A stretch of DNA of 64,000 bases, taken from the NCBI GenBank assembly GCA_965206645.1, contig CBDBKE010000002.1:448001-512000 (forward strand). The letters are read 5' to 3'. Under the pieces are notes generated by a model. That model searched no databases. It was not told where the DNA came from and saw only the letters and a program-made list of their open reading frames with translations. Position numbers and translations under genes: made by a program. Shown here piece by piece: positions 42,156 to 52,865 of this stretch. The DNA is from Terriglobia bacterium (GTDB lineage: Bacteria > Acidobacteriota > Terriglobia > JAJPHL01 > JAPKYU01). Each line of letters opens with the position of its first letter. Position 1 is the stretch's first letter.

Positions 42156-43451
42156 CTATCTCAGATGATGATCCGCGAAATCCAGAAAGCGGCGCCAGTC
42201 GTAGAGCTTGACCGAATGACCACCGCGGCGAATGTGGTATCCCACGTCACTCTCGATGATCGGTTGGTCGGGTTGCGGAGACGCTTCCGACTCCAGACCT
42301 TTCTTACCTAGGAGTCGATACACCTCGCTCGCGTGGTGCGCGGACAAATACTCCCCGCGCGGGTCGGCCCAACGATCCTCCACCGCACTTGCGACGTAAA
42401 CCGGCCGCGGAGCCATCAACGCCAGCAACATGTGTTGGTCGACGGGCAAGTCGTCTTCGCGATTGACGAACTTCCGCGCGTTCCCGCAGAGCCAATACGG
42501 GAAGCGGCTGCTCATCTTCTCGAGCGTCTCGCCGATTCTCCGGCGCCAGAGCGCCGCGCCGCCGGCACCGGATTGAACCGAGATCACCAGGGCGAAACGC
42601 TGGTCCTGCGCAGCGGCCCACAGCGCCGCCTTGCCCAGCTTGGAATGGCCCATCAGCAGCGTCCGGGTATGATCGACCTCGTCGTCGGTCGCGAGGTAGT
42701 TCAATGCGCGCATCGCTCCCCATCCGCATGCGGCCAGCACGCCCCACTCGCTCTCCTTGGGGAAGCTCTGCCCTTTCTTGTAGAACAACCGATGGATGGC
42801 CTCCTTGGGGGGGCTCTCTTTTGCCTCGGGGTGGAAGAACCCCCAATAGGGGCCGCGTTGGAAGTCGACTTCGTTGTTCGCGACAAGGTCCTGATGATAG
42901 ACCGACACGAAGGCGTACCCGCGGTCCAAAATCTCCCCGAGAGGCAAACCGATTTTGAGCATCGTTGGATGGCTCGGATCGACCTCGAGAAATTCGGATG
43001 TGTTGTCAATGAAGTTCAGAACCATGAAGGCGGGGGCGGGCTTTTTCTTCTGGGCCGGCACAAAGACCAGAACTGTCATGCGCGCCTCGCCGTATCGGTT
43101 TCGAAAGCGGATCGACACCCGTTTGCGAACGGCCTTGCCGCCCATGAAGTTCCGGTCCACGGCCTCGATCGTGAAGTCGGTCTTGATCGGGTCGGCAGGC
43201 ACAGGCACGCGCCCATAAACGAGATTCGCGAATAAAGACAGGATCTGCGGACGCCTCACGTGCATCCACTCTTCCGCCGTCTTGATCTCGTTGCCTTCCG
43301 CCGAGCCCAGCAGCGCCGGAAGGTTGTAGGGGACGATCTTGCTCTCGTCGTAATTGACGTCGCTGTCAAGCTCCTTCAGTTGCTGGGCCGGGAGAGTGAC
43401 GGCCCACGCGCAGACCGCTAGCAAACCGAAACGTGAGAGAACCCTCCTCAT
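42156..43451 (-). CDS. Secreted CE15 (glucuronoyl-esterase-like) hydrolase
   Basis: NYDESKIVPYNLP, GHSKLGKAALWAAA, SGAGG, LPVDQH, EDRWADPRGE, GGHSV; start placed at 43451. Confidence 0.82.
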   Translation of the reverse strand: MRRVLSRFGLLAVCAWAVTLPAQQLKELDSDVNYDESKIVPYNLPALLGSAEGNEIKTAEEWMHVRRPQILSLFANLVYGRVPVPADPIKTDFTIEAVDRNFMGGKAVRKRVSIRFRNRYGEARMTVLVFVPAQKKKPAPAFMVLNFIDNTSEFLEVDPSHPTMLKIGLPLGEILDRGYAFVSVYHQDLVANNEVDFQRGPYWGFFHPEAKESPPKEAIHRLFYKKGQSFPKESEWGVLAACGWGAMRALNYLATDDEVDHTRTLLMGHSKLGKAALWAAAQDQRFALVISVQSGAGGAALWRRRIGETLEKMSSRFPYWLCGNARKFVNREDDLPVDQHMLLALMAPRPVYVASAVEDRWADPRGEYLSAHHASEVYRLLGKKGLESEASPQPDQPIIESDVGYHIRRGGHSVKLYDWRRFLDFADHHLR

Positions 43452-43461
43452 TCCAATCCTC

Positions 43462-44328
43462 CTATCCGAAGATCCTGCTGAAGCCTTCGAAAGACGCTCG
43501 GAACCCATCCTCAAACGTTCCCCCTTCGGGCCGATAAACGCTCTCAAACGACACTACCCCCTCGTAGCCGTCGCGCTCGAGAGCGGTCGCGAGGTTCTCG
43601 AAGTACGGCGCCATCTGACCCTCGCCGAAGCGGCATTGCGCGACCGTCGCCCTGGGAATGTCCACCCGACAATCCTTGATGTGCAAATGGCCGAGGTAGC
43701 CCCCGCGCAACGCTTCGTATCCGTCCGGATAGGCCGACTCGGCGCAGTAGAGACTGTTGCCCGGGTCCCAGAGAATCTTTAAATGGTCGCTGCCCATATC
43801 GTCGACGAGCTTGCTGCCGAGGTAGCCGGACGTGATCATCGCGTTGTTGCCCGTCTCGACGACAAGAGTGACTCCAGCATCCTCGGCCAGCCGGATGGCC
43901 GGCGCCAGCAACTGCTTCAGCTTGTCCCAGGCTCCGATGCTGACGTTCCAGACCTCGGCGCCGCCCGAACCGAACAGGATCATCTCCTTGCGGAAGCTCA
44001 TGATCCGAACCAAGCCGCAGTCTAACGCCTTCGCCATTTCGATACAACGCCCGAGCGCCGCCATGTGACGGCAGTGAGCTTCGTCGCCGACTTCGGTTTG
44101 CCCCACGAGCATCCCCGCGAAGTTGTGGCGGGAGATGCAGCAGACTTCCATCTCGTACTGCTCGATCAGGTTTTGCGCCCGCGCCATTTGCGCGTCGTCG
44201 AGATCTCCGACCTCCTTGTCCCACAGAAACTGCAGTTCGCCGTACCTCAGCCTGAACTCCTTCATGACTTCGAGTGCGTGTTCGAATTCGCGGCTGATAC
44301 TGTCGGTGATGACTCCCAGCTTCCCCAT
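43462..44328 (-). CDS. Sugar phosphate isomerase/epimerase (xylose-isomerase-like TIM barrel)
   Basis: LVVETG, WDPGN, HLHIKD, SFES. Confidence 0.85.
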   Translation of the reverse strand: MGKLGVITDSISREFEHALEVMKEFRLRYGELQFLWDKEVGDLDDAQMARAQNLIEQYEMEVCCISRHNFAGMLVGQTEVGDEAHCRHMAALGRCIEMAKALDCGLVRIMSFRKEMILFGSGGAEVWNVSIGAWDKLKQLLAPAIRLAEDAGVTLVVETGNNAMITSGYLGSKLVDDMGSDHLKILWDPGNSLYCAESAYPDGYEALRGGYLGHLHIKDCRVDIPRATVAQCRFGEGQMAPYFENLATALERDGYEGVVSFESVYRPEGGTFEDGFRASFEGFSRIFG

Positions 44329-44341
44329 GCCTCAGCCCTCT

Positions 44342-45232
44342 CTACCAAGTCACTTTCGTGCCGGCAATCTCCTCGAGCAATTTTACGATCGACCAATTGT
44401 CTTCGTCGGGAAACCTCGAGATTCCCGCCTGGAACAGCTCGTACGCGGCGCTAGTGGTAAACATGGCCGCGCCGGCGTCGCGCGCGAGACTCATCGTAAT
44501 GCCGAGATCCTTATACATCGTTCCGATATGGCTGCCCGTCCCCTTGAACCTGCGATCCATGATGAGACGCGCGGAGTTCTCGAACAGCGGGCTGCCGGCG
44601 GCGCTCGAACGGAATACGTTGAACAGCATCTCACCCTTGACGCCGGCCTTGTGGCCGAGGACGAGCGACTCGAAGATGGCCGCGAAGGTCGCGCCGATGA
44701 AAGCTTGCAGCGCGGCCTTGACGGTCTGGCCTTGTCCGATCTCTTCGCCAACGTGGAAAACCACTTTCGAAATGGCGTCAAGCAAGTCACGATTCGCTTC
44801 GAGGACGTCAGCTTTGGCGGCGGTCATCAGCGTCAGGGAGCCGCCCTCGGCCCCCGACTTTCCGCCGCTGACCGGCGTGTCGATCAGATGGACGCCCTTC
44901 TCGGCCAGAGGCGCTTCGAGCACTCGCACTTCGGCCGGCATGATGGTCGCCGAGACGATGACGGTCTTTCCCGGCGCAAGGCCGGCCAGCAAGCCGTCAT
45001 TCCCGATCACCGCATCGCGCACCTGGACGCCGTTGAGCACCATGACGAACATTGCGTCACAGGCCTTTGCCAGCTCCGCACAGTTCGCCGCGCGTCGCCC
45101 ACCGGCGGCCTCGACCGTGGCGAGTCGCTCTTCGCGCAGGTCGAAGCCGACCAGCGGAAATCCGGCCGCCAAGACGTTCTTTGCAATGCCTAGGCCCATG
45201 TCACCCAGGCCGACGACTCCAACAATCTTCAC
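44342..45232 (-). CDS. Beta-hydroxyacid (3-hydroxyisobutyrate/threonate-type) dehydrogenase
   Basis: GLGDMG, DTPVSGG, GQGQTVK, MYKDL; GTG start at 45232. Confidence 0.88.
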   Translation of the reverse strand: MKIVGVVGLGDMGLGIAKNVLAAGFPLVGFDLREERLATVEAAGGRRAANCAELAKACDAMFVMVLNGVQVRDAVIGNDGLLAGLAPGKTVIVSATIMPAEVRVLEAPLAEKGVHLIDTPVSGGKSGAEGGSLTLMTAAKADVLEANRDLLDAISKVVFHVGEEIGQGQTVKAALQAFIGATFAAIFESLVLGHKAGVKGEMLFNVFRSSAAGSPLFENSARLIMDRRFKGTGSHIGTMYKDLGITMSLARDAGAAMFTTSAAYELFQAGISRFPDEDNWSIVKLLEEIAGTKVTW

Positions 45233-45347
45233 TTTGCTATCCTCGCTCTCCTGACCGGGCGGAGCCCGCACGGATAAGCTTTGAGAATAGACTAGTCCGA
45301 GGGTCTGCGGGCATGGAAGAATTGAGCTCCTGTACGTTGGCCGCAAA

Positions 45348-46352
45348 GTGTTTTTGACTCGTCATCGCGCCATCGCCTTTGTGTTTCTCGCGGTCACTCT
45401 CGGAGCATGCTCCGGCCGTGACTCTACGTACCGTTTCCGCTACGCCAACGCCCAACCGGTGCAGCATCCGCGCAGCGAGTCAATGGTGTTCTTCGAGCGC
45501 GAACTGGAGCGCAGAACGGACGGCAAGATCGAGGTCGAAAACTACTTTTCCGGCGTCCTGGGCAACGACCGGGAGATGATGGACATGGTCGCCACCGGCA
45601 TCTTGCAAGGCACTCGCGGCGGTCTGTTCCCCGACGCCAACCCCAAGTACAATCTCTTCCTGCTGCCGTTCTTGGTCGAGGACTGGGACCAGGCGCTGCG
45701 GCTGATCTACAGCGACTTCACCGCCCGCATCAACCGCGAAGCGCGTGCTAACGGCTTCCACATTCCAGCCTGCGGCATCTCCCAGGGCTTTCGCGCTCAC
45801 ACGACGAGCGTTCGGCCGATTCGGTCACCCGGCGATCTCGTGGGCCTCAAGATGCGCGTCCCACCGCAGGAGGTCTACGTCGTCACCGCGCAAGCCTTCG
45901 GTGAGAATCCGCAGGAGATCCCCTTCATCGAGGTCTATCAGGCGATCAAGGCCGGGGTCATTGACGGCCAAGACAACGCACCCTCGAACATCTGGGACAC
46001 GAAGATCTACGAGGTCCAAAAGCACATGTCCATCACCAACTACAGCACCGGCCCCGACCCCTTCATCGTCAATCTCGATTGGTACGAAACTCTGCCTGCG
46101 GAGCTGCAAGTTCTCTTCGACCAAGTCGCGGTCGAAGCGATCCGATACAGCGATCGGCTGAACCGCGAGAGCGAGGCTGATTACATCAAGCGGCTCTCCG
46201 ACGAGCTTGAGGTCAACTACGTCGCCGGCGAGGCGCTCGAGCAGTTCCGCGAGAAAGCGCAAGCCGTTTACGAACACTTCGTCAAGAAGGGGTACTTTAC
46301 CTGGGAGGAGATCGAAGAGGCTCGCCGCGTTGCGCGAGGGGAAGCTCCGTGA
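45348..46352 (+). CDS. dctP: TRAP transporter substrate-binding protein
   Basis: GFR, DLVGLKMRVP, EVYQAIKAGVIDGQDN, IYEVQK; LGAC lipobox. Confidence 0.92.
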   Translation: MFLTRHRAIAFVFLAVTLGACSGRDSTYRFRYANAQPVQHPRSESMVFFERELERRTDGKIEVENYFSGVLGNDREMMDMVATGILQGTRGGLFPDANPKYNLFLLPFLVEDWDQALRLIYSDFTARINREARANGFHIPACGISQGFRAHTTSVRPIRSPGDLVGLKMRVPPQEVYVVTAQAFGENPQEIPFIEVYQAIKAGVIDGQDNAPSNIWDTKIYEVQKHMSITNYSTGPDPFIVNLDWYETLPAELQVLFDQVAVEAIRYSDRLNRESEADYIKRLSDELEVNYVAGEALEQFREKAQAVYEHFVKKGYFTWEEIEEARRVARGEAP

Positions 46353-46849
46353 CCGTCATGCAGTCGCTGTACAGGTTGGAGGCGGCTCTCAGCCGGGCGC
46401 TCGAGGCGGTGGCGGCGGTCTGCCTGTGCGTCCTTTTTGGGCTGATCGTGACGCTGGTCTTGTTGCGGTACCTGTTCAATACGGGCATCGTCGGCGCCAA
46501 CGAAACCGCGACGGTTCTCTTCGTCTACGCGACTGCCTTGGGAGCCGCCGTCGAGGTGGGGCGCCGCGAACACATCGCCGTCACGTTCTTCGTGGACAAG
46601 CTCGGCGAACGAGCCCGCCGGGCGGCCGCCGGTCTCGCCTTCGCGCTGGTCGCGCTCATCAACGGCGTCATCGTCTGGCAGAGCCTGCGTTGGATCGCAG
46701 TGACCGGCGGCTACCTGATGCCGGCCACGCAAGCGCCGCGAATCGTTGCTCAGCTCGCCGTCCCGGTCGGTTGCGGGCTGGCGGTCGTCTACTGTCTGAT
46801 CGGGATCGCAACGACGCTGAAGGGAGACCGCGGGACTTCCCGGGTGTGA
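46349..46849 (+). CDS. dctQ: TRAP transporter small permease
   Basis: 4 TM helices, LRYLF, HIAV. Confidence 0.9.
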   Translation: MTVMQSLYRLEAALSRALEAVAAVCLCVLFGLIVTLVLLRYLFNTGIVGANETATVLFVYATALGAAVEVGRREHIAVTFFVDKLGERARRAAAGLAFALVALINGVIVWQSLRWIAVTGGYLMPATQAPRIVAQLAVPVGCGLAVVYCLIGIATTLKGDRGTSRV

Positions 46850-46853
46850 CGTC

Positions 46854-48131
46854 ATGCTGGTCCTACTCGTCGCACTGCTGATCCTGATCGCTTTCGGCGT
46901 GCCGGTCGCCTACTCGCTCGGGTTGTCCGCTCTCGTCTTCTTCCTGATCGACGACCCTGCGCTGGTCCAGGTCCTGCCACAGCGGCTGTTTGCCGGGATG
47001 GACTCCTACGCCTTGATCACCTTGCCTTTGTTCATCCTCATGGGGCTCGTGATGAACGCCGCACAGATCACGGCGCGTCTGCTCGAGTTCGGCTCACTCT
47101 TTGTCGGTCGTCTCAAAGGCGGACTGGGTCTGGTCAACGTGTTTGCCAGTATGCTGTTCGGCGGGATCTCCGGCTCGTCCGCATCCGATACCGCGTCGAT
47201 CGGTTCCGTGTTGATCCCCGAGATGGAGAAACGCGGCTACCCGCTCGACTTCGCCAGCGGGATTACGGTCGCGTCGTCGACAATGGGGATGATCATTCCA
47301 CCCAGCATCCCGATGGTGCTCTACGCGGTGGTGTCACAGGCGTCTGTCGGACGGCTCTTTCTCGGCGGTGTCATTCCCGGCATCCTAATCGGCGTCCTCC
47401 AGTTGGGCATGGTGGTGGCGATCTCTCGGCGGAGGGACTACCCGCGTGAAGAAGTCGCGCCGGGATGGCGTCACGCGATCCGGGAGACGGGCCGCTCGGC
47501 ACCAGTGCTGGCGATGCCCCTCTTCGTCGTCGGCGCGGTCGTTCTCGGCGTCGCTACCGCGACGGAATCGGCGGCCTTGGGGGTGCTCTACGCGCTGGCA
47601 ATCGGCTTCTTCGCGACCCGCGTGATGACGTTCGGTGCTTTCCGAGAATGCTTACGTCAAAGCGGGCTCACCAGCGCCAAGATCATGCTGATCATCGCCT
47701 TTTCGCAGGTCTACATCTGGGTCCTGGCGCTCGAGCGCGTCCCCGAGGCTGTCGCCGCCTTCGTCGTCGAGCTCGGTCTGGGGCCGACGGCGACGTTATT
47801 GGTCATCGGCCTGATAATCCTGGTCGCGGGGACGGTGATCGACGTGAGCCCAGCGATTCTGCTGCTGACGCCCGTCTTCCTGCCAGCGGTGACCGAGGCC
47901 GGCATCTCGCCCGTTCATTTCGGCGTCATCCTCGTCTCCGGCCTGGCCGTTGGCGCCTGCACCCCGCCCGTCGGCAATTGCCTGAACGTGTGCGCAGCGA
48001 TTTCCAAGCTCGGCATCGGCTCGATCTTTCGCGGCGCGGCTCCGTTTCTTGCAGCGAACGTTGCCGTCATGCTGCTTATCACGCTCTTCCCGAGCTTGGT
48101 GCTGTGGCTGCCGGCGGTTCTGATGGGATAG
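46854..48131 (+). CDS. dctM: TRAP transporter large permease
   Basis: FGGISGSS, IIPPSIP, TATES, TPPVG. Confidence 0.93.
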   Translation: MLVLLVALLILIAFGVPVAYSLGLSALVFFLIDDPALVQVLPQRLFAGMDSYALITLPLFILMGLVMNAAQITARLLEFGSLFVGRLKGGLGLVNVFASMLFGGISGSSASDTASIGSVLIPEMEKRGYPLDFASGITVASSTMGMIIPPSIPMVLYAVVSQASVGRLFLGGVIPGILIGVLQLGMVVAISRRRDYPREEVAPGWRHAIRETGRSAPVLAMPLFVVGAVVLGVATATESAALGVLYALAIGFFATRVMTFGAFRECLRQSGLTSAKIMLIIAFSQVYIWVLALERVPEAVAAFVVELGLGPTATLLVIGLIILVAGTVIDVSPAILLLTPVFLPAVTEAGISPVHFGVILVSGLAVGACTPPVGNCLNVCAAISKLGIGSIFRGAAPFLAANVAVMLLITLFPSLVLWLPAVLMG

Positions 48132-48518
48132 CTCTAGTTCCACCAAGGACGGTGTGTGCTCGGTTTCTCCTCCTAGCCTTCGTCTTGCGGGGAATGCTTC
48201 TCGCCCTCGGGCGGCCGACGCTGGACCGTCTCTTCTCAGTAAGCGCGTCCTGGAGCGAGCTCGGTTTGTCTTTCCTGTGGGCAAGCTGGCCCAAACTTTG
48301 GCACGGGGAAATGGGGGCTGGGGTGCCCCACCAACAACCCACCATTGCCCTCTGGTTTCGCGTCCCGCAACGTGGACGATTACGGCATGTCCTTCTTCCG
48401 TTGCCTCGTTGGCCATGGACAGGGAGAATCAACCGCACAACACTTGATTTCCCCAAGCCTCGCCGTCGAATCTATTCCTCTGGAAGCTGGCGAGATACCG
48501 CCTTCTCACCAGCAATGC

Positions 48519-48707
48519 CGGATAGATCCCCACTAACGGCCTAGCGTTTATCAATCCCGGTTTCAGTTGGACGTATAGTCGGCTATCCGGACAAGTGACC
48601 CTCTACGCCCGCCAGGGTAGTGGGTCAGTTTCCGATAAGCGCGTTATACATCCAAGTAACCGGCGTGGCAGCATCGGTAAACACTAACCGTCTAGTGGGA
48701 CCTATCC
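48519..48707. repeat. Composite site D: ~190-bp imperfect palindrome X-Y-hairpin-Y'-X'
   Basis: X 48525-48552, Y 48565-48596, hairpin 48597-48626, inverted Y 48626-48657, inverted X 48676-48703. Confidence 0.85.
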
Positions 48708-48762
48708 ACCGAATCTGAGGTAAACGTCTTTTACTCATAGACTTGGGCTGAGTCGAAGCAGG

Positions 48763-49472
48763 CTACTCGACGGCAATGGTGACGGTGTTGGAGGTGACGC
48801 CGCCAATGGTTAGAACCACATCCACCGCATCCCCCGTGGGGGCGTTCTCCGGAACCTGCACGTTAACCTGATAGAGCCCCACGAAACCTGGAGCCAGGCC
48901 GGAGAAGGTCACGTCGGCGGCTATGCCGGCGATGTTCACCATCGGCAGGCTAACGGTTCGCGCCAGCGGCTCAGCGGTGGGTGCAACCTGGCCGGACTGG
49001 ACTTCGGGCTGTACCGGACCGAACCCAGTGCAAAAGATCAGGAGGAACTCGCCGGGCTGTGCGGGCGCACTGTCGTTGACTGGCTGAAAATCATCCGCGT
49101 GAAGAATTGCCCCTGGACCGGTACCCTGCTGGTTCAGCGTAAAAACACCCGGCGATACGGCCGCCATCCCAATCGGCTGCGCCGTGCTCGTTTCACTACC
49201 TCGTTTCACCTGCACCGTGACCGAACCCGTTCCCTCATCAGCTCGAACGGAACCTGCGCATTTATCTGCGTACCCGACACGAAAAACAGCGGGGCCGGGA
49301 TATTGTTGAAGGTCACGCTGGTATCCCCCAGCGTGGTGGGAAGAGGCACGTCCGATGCCACCTGGGTATCACTCGCCAGGTCCGTCCCAAAGATGGCCAC
49401 AATCGCGCCGGGAGGGATGGCTCCATTCGGGTCCGTCGCCGCCCGATTGGCGGTAGCCCGAAAGACCCCCAC
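48763..49472 (-). pseudogene. TIGR03437-type (Solibacter C-terminal) domain fragment, frameshifted
   Basis: PGAIVAIFGTDL, PLFFVSGTQINAQVP, FSGLAPGFVGLYQVNVQVP. Confidence 0.8.
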
Positions 49473-49693
49473 CGTGCGAACGGTTCACAAGCTGGCGCGG
49501 TCCCAAAAGGAAAGGAGAGGGAACCACACCCCAGTGGCGACCCGATAAACCTTTTGCCCGTCTCCGGAGATGGATGGCTCCGCGCGTGGCGGCATAGACC
49601 TTGGCGTGATCCCGATCCTGAATCCCACGCGCCAGGTCGTGCTGGCCGGAGTAATATCACATAGTTCACTGGGCAGTTCCGTGAGGTGGCGAA

Positions 49694-50487
49694 ATGACTA
49701 AGTTCCAGAAGAAATATGGTCCCTGGGCGTTGGTGACGGGCGCCTCGTCTGGCCTAGGCTCCGCGTTCGCGAAACTGCTGGCCGCGAAAGGTCTCAACCT
49801 TGTTCTCGTCGCACGTCGGGAGGATCGCCTGCGGGCCCTGGCAGACGAATTGCAGAGGACCGCGTCCGTTGAAACGCGGGTCGTTTCCGCGGACCTGTCC
49901 CGAGGTGACTTTCTTCCGCAGATCGCGGAGGTAACCGAGAGACTCGAGATCAATCTGTTAGTCAACAACGCCGGTCAAACGCTAACCGCCCATTTCCTCG
50001 CCAACGAGCTTGAATCCGAGTTAGGCATGTTCCATCTCAACTCTCGCACGCCTCTGATCCTGACCCACCATTACGGCAGGCTGATGCAGAGCCGCGGGCG
50101 CGGAGGCATCATCTTTCTGGCTTCGGTTGTTGGACGCCCTCGTGGAGCAACTACGCTGCGACCAAGGGCCACAACCTCTTGTTCGGCGAAGGTCTGGGTG
50201 AGGAGCTGAAGCGCGACGGCGTCGACGTGCTGGTCGTGTCCCCTGCGTTCATCCGGACCGAATTCATGACCCTGTCGTCCTTCGGCAGAATCCTCTCGCT
50301 GGAGCCGGAGGCCGTCGCCAAGGTTGCGCTGGCAAGCCTAGGGAAGAAGCGCGTTGTGACGCCGAGCTTGCTTCACAAGTTCATTGCTTTCTCAACCAGA
50401 CTTCAGCCGCGTTTTCTCAATACCAAGATCTTTGGCGCCGTCGTCTCGCGATCCCACGGCTCGGGAACCTCAACGGTTGGTGTTTGA
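49694..50487 (+). pseudogene. Short-chain dehydrogenase/reductase, frameshifted near 50135
   Basis: TGASSGLG, NNAG in one frame; YAATK and the C-terminus in another. Confidence 0.85.
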
Positions 50488-50559
50488 GAGCGACACATAG
50501 GCGTCGCTGGCTAAGGCCCCGACGCCGCCGACACTACAAATCTCAAAAAGGAGAAGCCC

Positions 50560-51651
50560 ATGTCTGAGAAAGAACACATCCTGGTGACTTCCGCCGCAGG
50601 GCACACTGGTTCGGAAGCCGTTCTCCGATTGTTGGAACAGGGCTTCAAAGTTCGCGCGTTCGTCCGTCGAAGGGACGGCCGTTCCCAACGCCTCCACGAA
50701 GCGGGCGCTGAAGTTTTCGTCGGGAATCTTCTCGACATGCGCAACCTTCGTACTGCGCTGAAGGGTGTGCAGCGCGCTTACTACTGCCCGCCCATGGCGC
50801 CGAACTTGCTCCATGGCGCGATGCTCTTCGCCCTTGCGGCCGAGGAAGCAAAGCTCGAGGTCGTGGCGCTGATGAGCGGCTGGAATCCACATCCGAGTCA
50901 CCCGTCGATCATCACGCGTGAGCATTGGATCGCCAATAACATCTATCGGTGGATGCCCACGGTAGATGTCATCTACGTCAACCCGGGTCTTTTCGCCTTT
51001 ACATACTTCTTCGGCTTGCCCGCGGTCTTGCACTTCGGAATGTTGATGCTCCCCTTCGGCGAAGGACTGAACGCACCGCCTTCTAGCGAGGATATCGCCT
51101 CGGTCGTCGCCGGAGTCTTGGCGCGACCTGCACCGCACATCAGCAAGTGCTATCGCCCGACGGGCCCGAGCCTTATTTCCGGCCACGACTGCGCCGAGGT
51201 GTTTTCCCGGGTCCTCGGTCGCAAAGTCCGCTATCGAGACATTCCGATCCGAATGTTTCTCAAAGCCGCCAAGGCGCAAGGCCTCTCGAACTTCGAGATC
51301 GCTCAAATACGCCACTACGCTGAGGAAATTCGCGGCGGAACCTTCGCCATCGGTGCGCCCACAGATCACGTCGAGCAGGTGTGCGGGCGGCCCGCGGAGG
51401 AGTTCGAAATCACTGCGCGCCGTTACGTGGAACACCCAGAGTTGGTTATCCCCGGGTTTAAGGCGAGCAACAAGCTCGGAGCGCTCTGGCTCATGTTGAG
51501 AACCATGCTGACGCGGCCGCCAGACCTGGACCAGTGGGAATCCGAGCGCGGGTGCCCGATGCTGGCCGGGCCCGTGCTGGCTCACAACAGTAAAGAATGG
51601 CGCATTGCGGCTGAGCAGAAGCAACTTGCACTTCTCGAGCCGAGGCGTTGA
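50560..51651 (+). CDS. NmrA-family NAD(P)-binding protein
   Basis: ILVTSAAGHTG, VRAFVR, EDIA, TGP. Confidence 0.85.
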   Translation: MSEKEHILVTSAAGHTGSEAVLRLLEQGFKVRAFVRRRDGRSQRLHEAGAEVFVGNLLDMRNLRTALKGVQRAYYCPPMAPNLLHGAMLFALAAEEAKLEVVALMSGWNPHPSHPSIITREHWIANNIYRWMPTVDVIYVNPGLFAFTYFFGLPAVLHFGMLMLPFGEGLNAPPSSEDIASVVAGVLARPAPHISKCYRPTGPSLISGHDCAEVFSRVLGRKVRYRDIPIRMFLKAAKAQGLSNFEIAQIRHYAEEIRGGTFAIGAPTDHVEQVCGRPAEEFEITARRYVEHPELVIPGFKASNKLGALWLMLRTMLTRPPDLDQWESERGCPMLAGPVLAHNSKEWRIAAEQKQLALLEPRR

Positions 51652-51811
51652 CGAGAATCAAAACAGCCAACCACCAGCCAAAGAGCCTTCGCACGACCGG
51701 AGCAAAGCCTCTCGCAGCTCGGCTGCGAATCCGTAATCCAAGAAAGGTGACCCAAGAGATGGCAACAGAAGATCCTATGAGAGTTTTTCTCGCCGACGAC
51801 GCTCCCGACGG

Positions 51812-52801
51812 CTAGAGCTGGATGCGGCTTCCTACAGCGCTCTGGACAAACGCGTCGGGGAACCGAGCGGCAAGGCGTTGCATAGCCTTCCAGCCCGTGC
51901 AGTGGGCCGGGACTAGCAAGGACGGGGAGAGGGTGGCGAGCCCGTCGACCGTCGAATCGATGATCGGCTCGAACATCGGGCCGCTCAGGTGGAAGCCGCC
52001 GATGATCGCGCACACGCGCCGCTCGCCTGTCAGCTTGAGTGCGTAGCGGACGGTGTTCACGATCCCGGCGTGCCCGCAACCGCTGATCACGACGAGGCCT
52101 CGATCGCGGAGCCTCAGGACGAGTGTTTGGTCGTCGAGGATCAACGGATCGGCCTGCCACGCCCCGTCGCGATGCGCCTCATGGCCGGGGAAGCCGATCT
52201 CGAACTCGGTCGTCCGATCGACCTCGCCAGTAATGAGCACCGAGCCATCGAGGAGAAAGGACGGGTGACGCTCCTCGACGATCTCAAAGCCGATGCCCTC
52301 CAACGCTGAGCGGCTCGGCGACGGCAGCTCCAGCGGATGGATGCCGGGGAACGCGAGCCGCCGCATGCTCCAGAACTCCGGATGGATGAAGACGGGCAGG
52401 TTTCTTCGGCCGAGTTCCTTGGCGATTCCCTCCATGCCCGTCACGTGATCCCAGTGACCATGACTGAGAACGATCAGCTCGATGTCGCGGAGCGAGAGCT
52501 CGAGTCGGTGCATGTTCTCGACGACGCCGTACGGGCTCACGCCCGCATCGAAGAGGGTCCGTTGCTCGCGGTCAGCCTTTGTGACCGTGACGAGGGCCGA
52601 GAAACCATGCTCGGCCACGAGCTGGGCGGGCGCTTCGACGCCGGTGAGCACCGCCGCCGGCACGCGGGGCCCCGATGCCATGCTGAAGAAATTCGCACGC
52701 TTGACCGGCCCGGCGTCCAGGAGCGTCGGATCCGTGACGTTGTCCATCAGCACCTGGACCGTGAGTGCATCGACAGGCTCGAGCTCGATCGGATCCAACA
52801 C
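51812..52801 (-). CDS. Metallo-beta-lactamase-fold hydrolase (start uncertain)
   Basis: AEHGFS, LSHGHWDH, SGCGHAG, GGFHL, PAHCTG. Confidence 0.85.
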   Translation of the reverse strand: MLDPIELEPVDALTVQVLMDNVTDPTLLDAGPVKRANFFSMASGPRVPAAVLTGVEAPAQLVAEHGFSALVTVTKADREQRTLFDAGVSPYGVVENMHRLELSLRDIELIVLSHGHWDHVTGMEGIAKELGRRNLPVFIHPEFWSMRRLAFPGIHPLELPSPSRSALEGIGFEIVEERHPSFLLDGSVLITGEVDRTTEFEIGFPGHEAHRDGAWQADPLILDDQTLVLRLRDRGLVVISGCGHAGIVNTVRYALKLTGERRVCAIIGGFHLSGPMFEPIIDSTVDGLATLSPSLLVPAHCTGWKAMQRLAARFPDAFVQSAVGSRIQL

Positions 52802-52865
52802 GCGTTCTTGGCTCCCCACGGCGACTACCGAGCGGCGCAGGTGGCGGCGCGCAGAGGCCTGGCCT

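Noticed and set aside
47465-48544. 359-aa ORF overlapping dctM
   Set aside because: Alternate frame of dctM with low-complexity composition; tail not recognisable.
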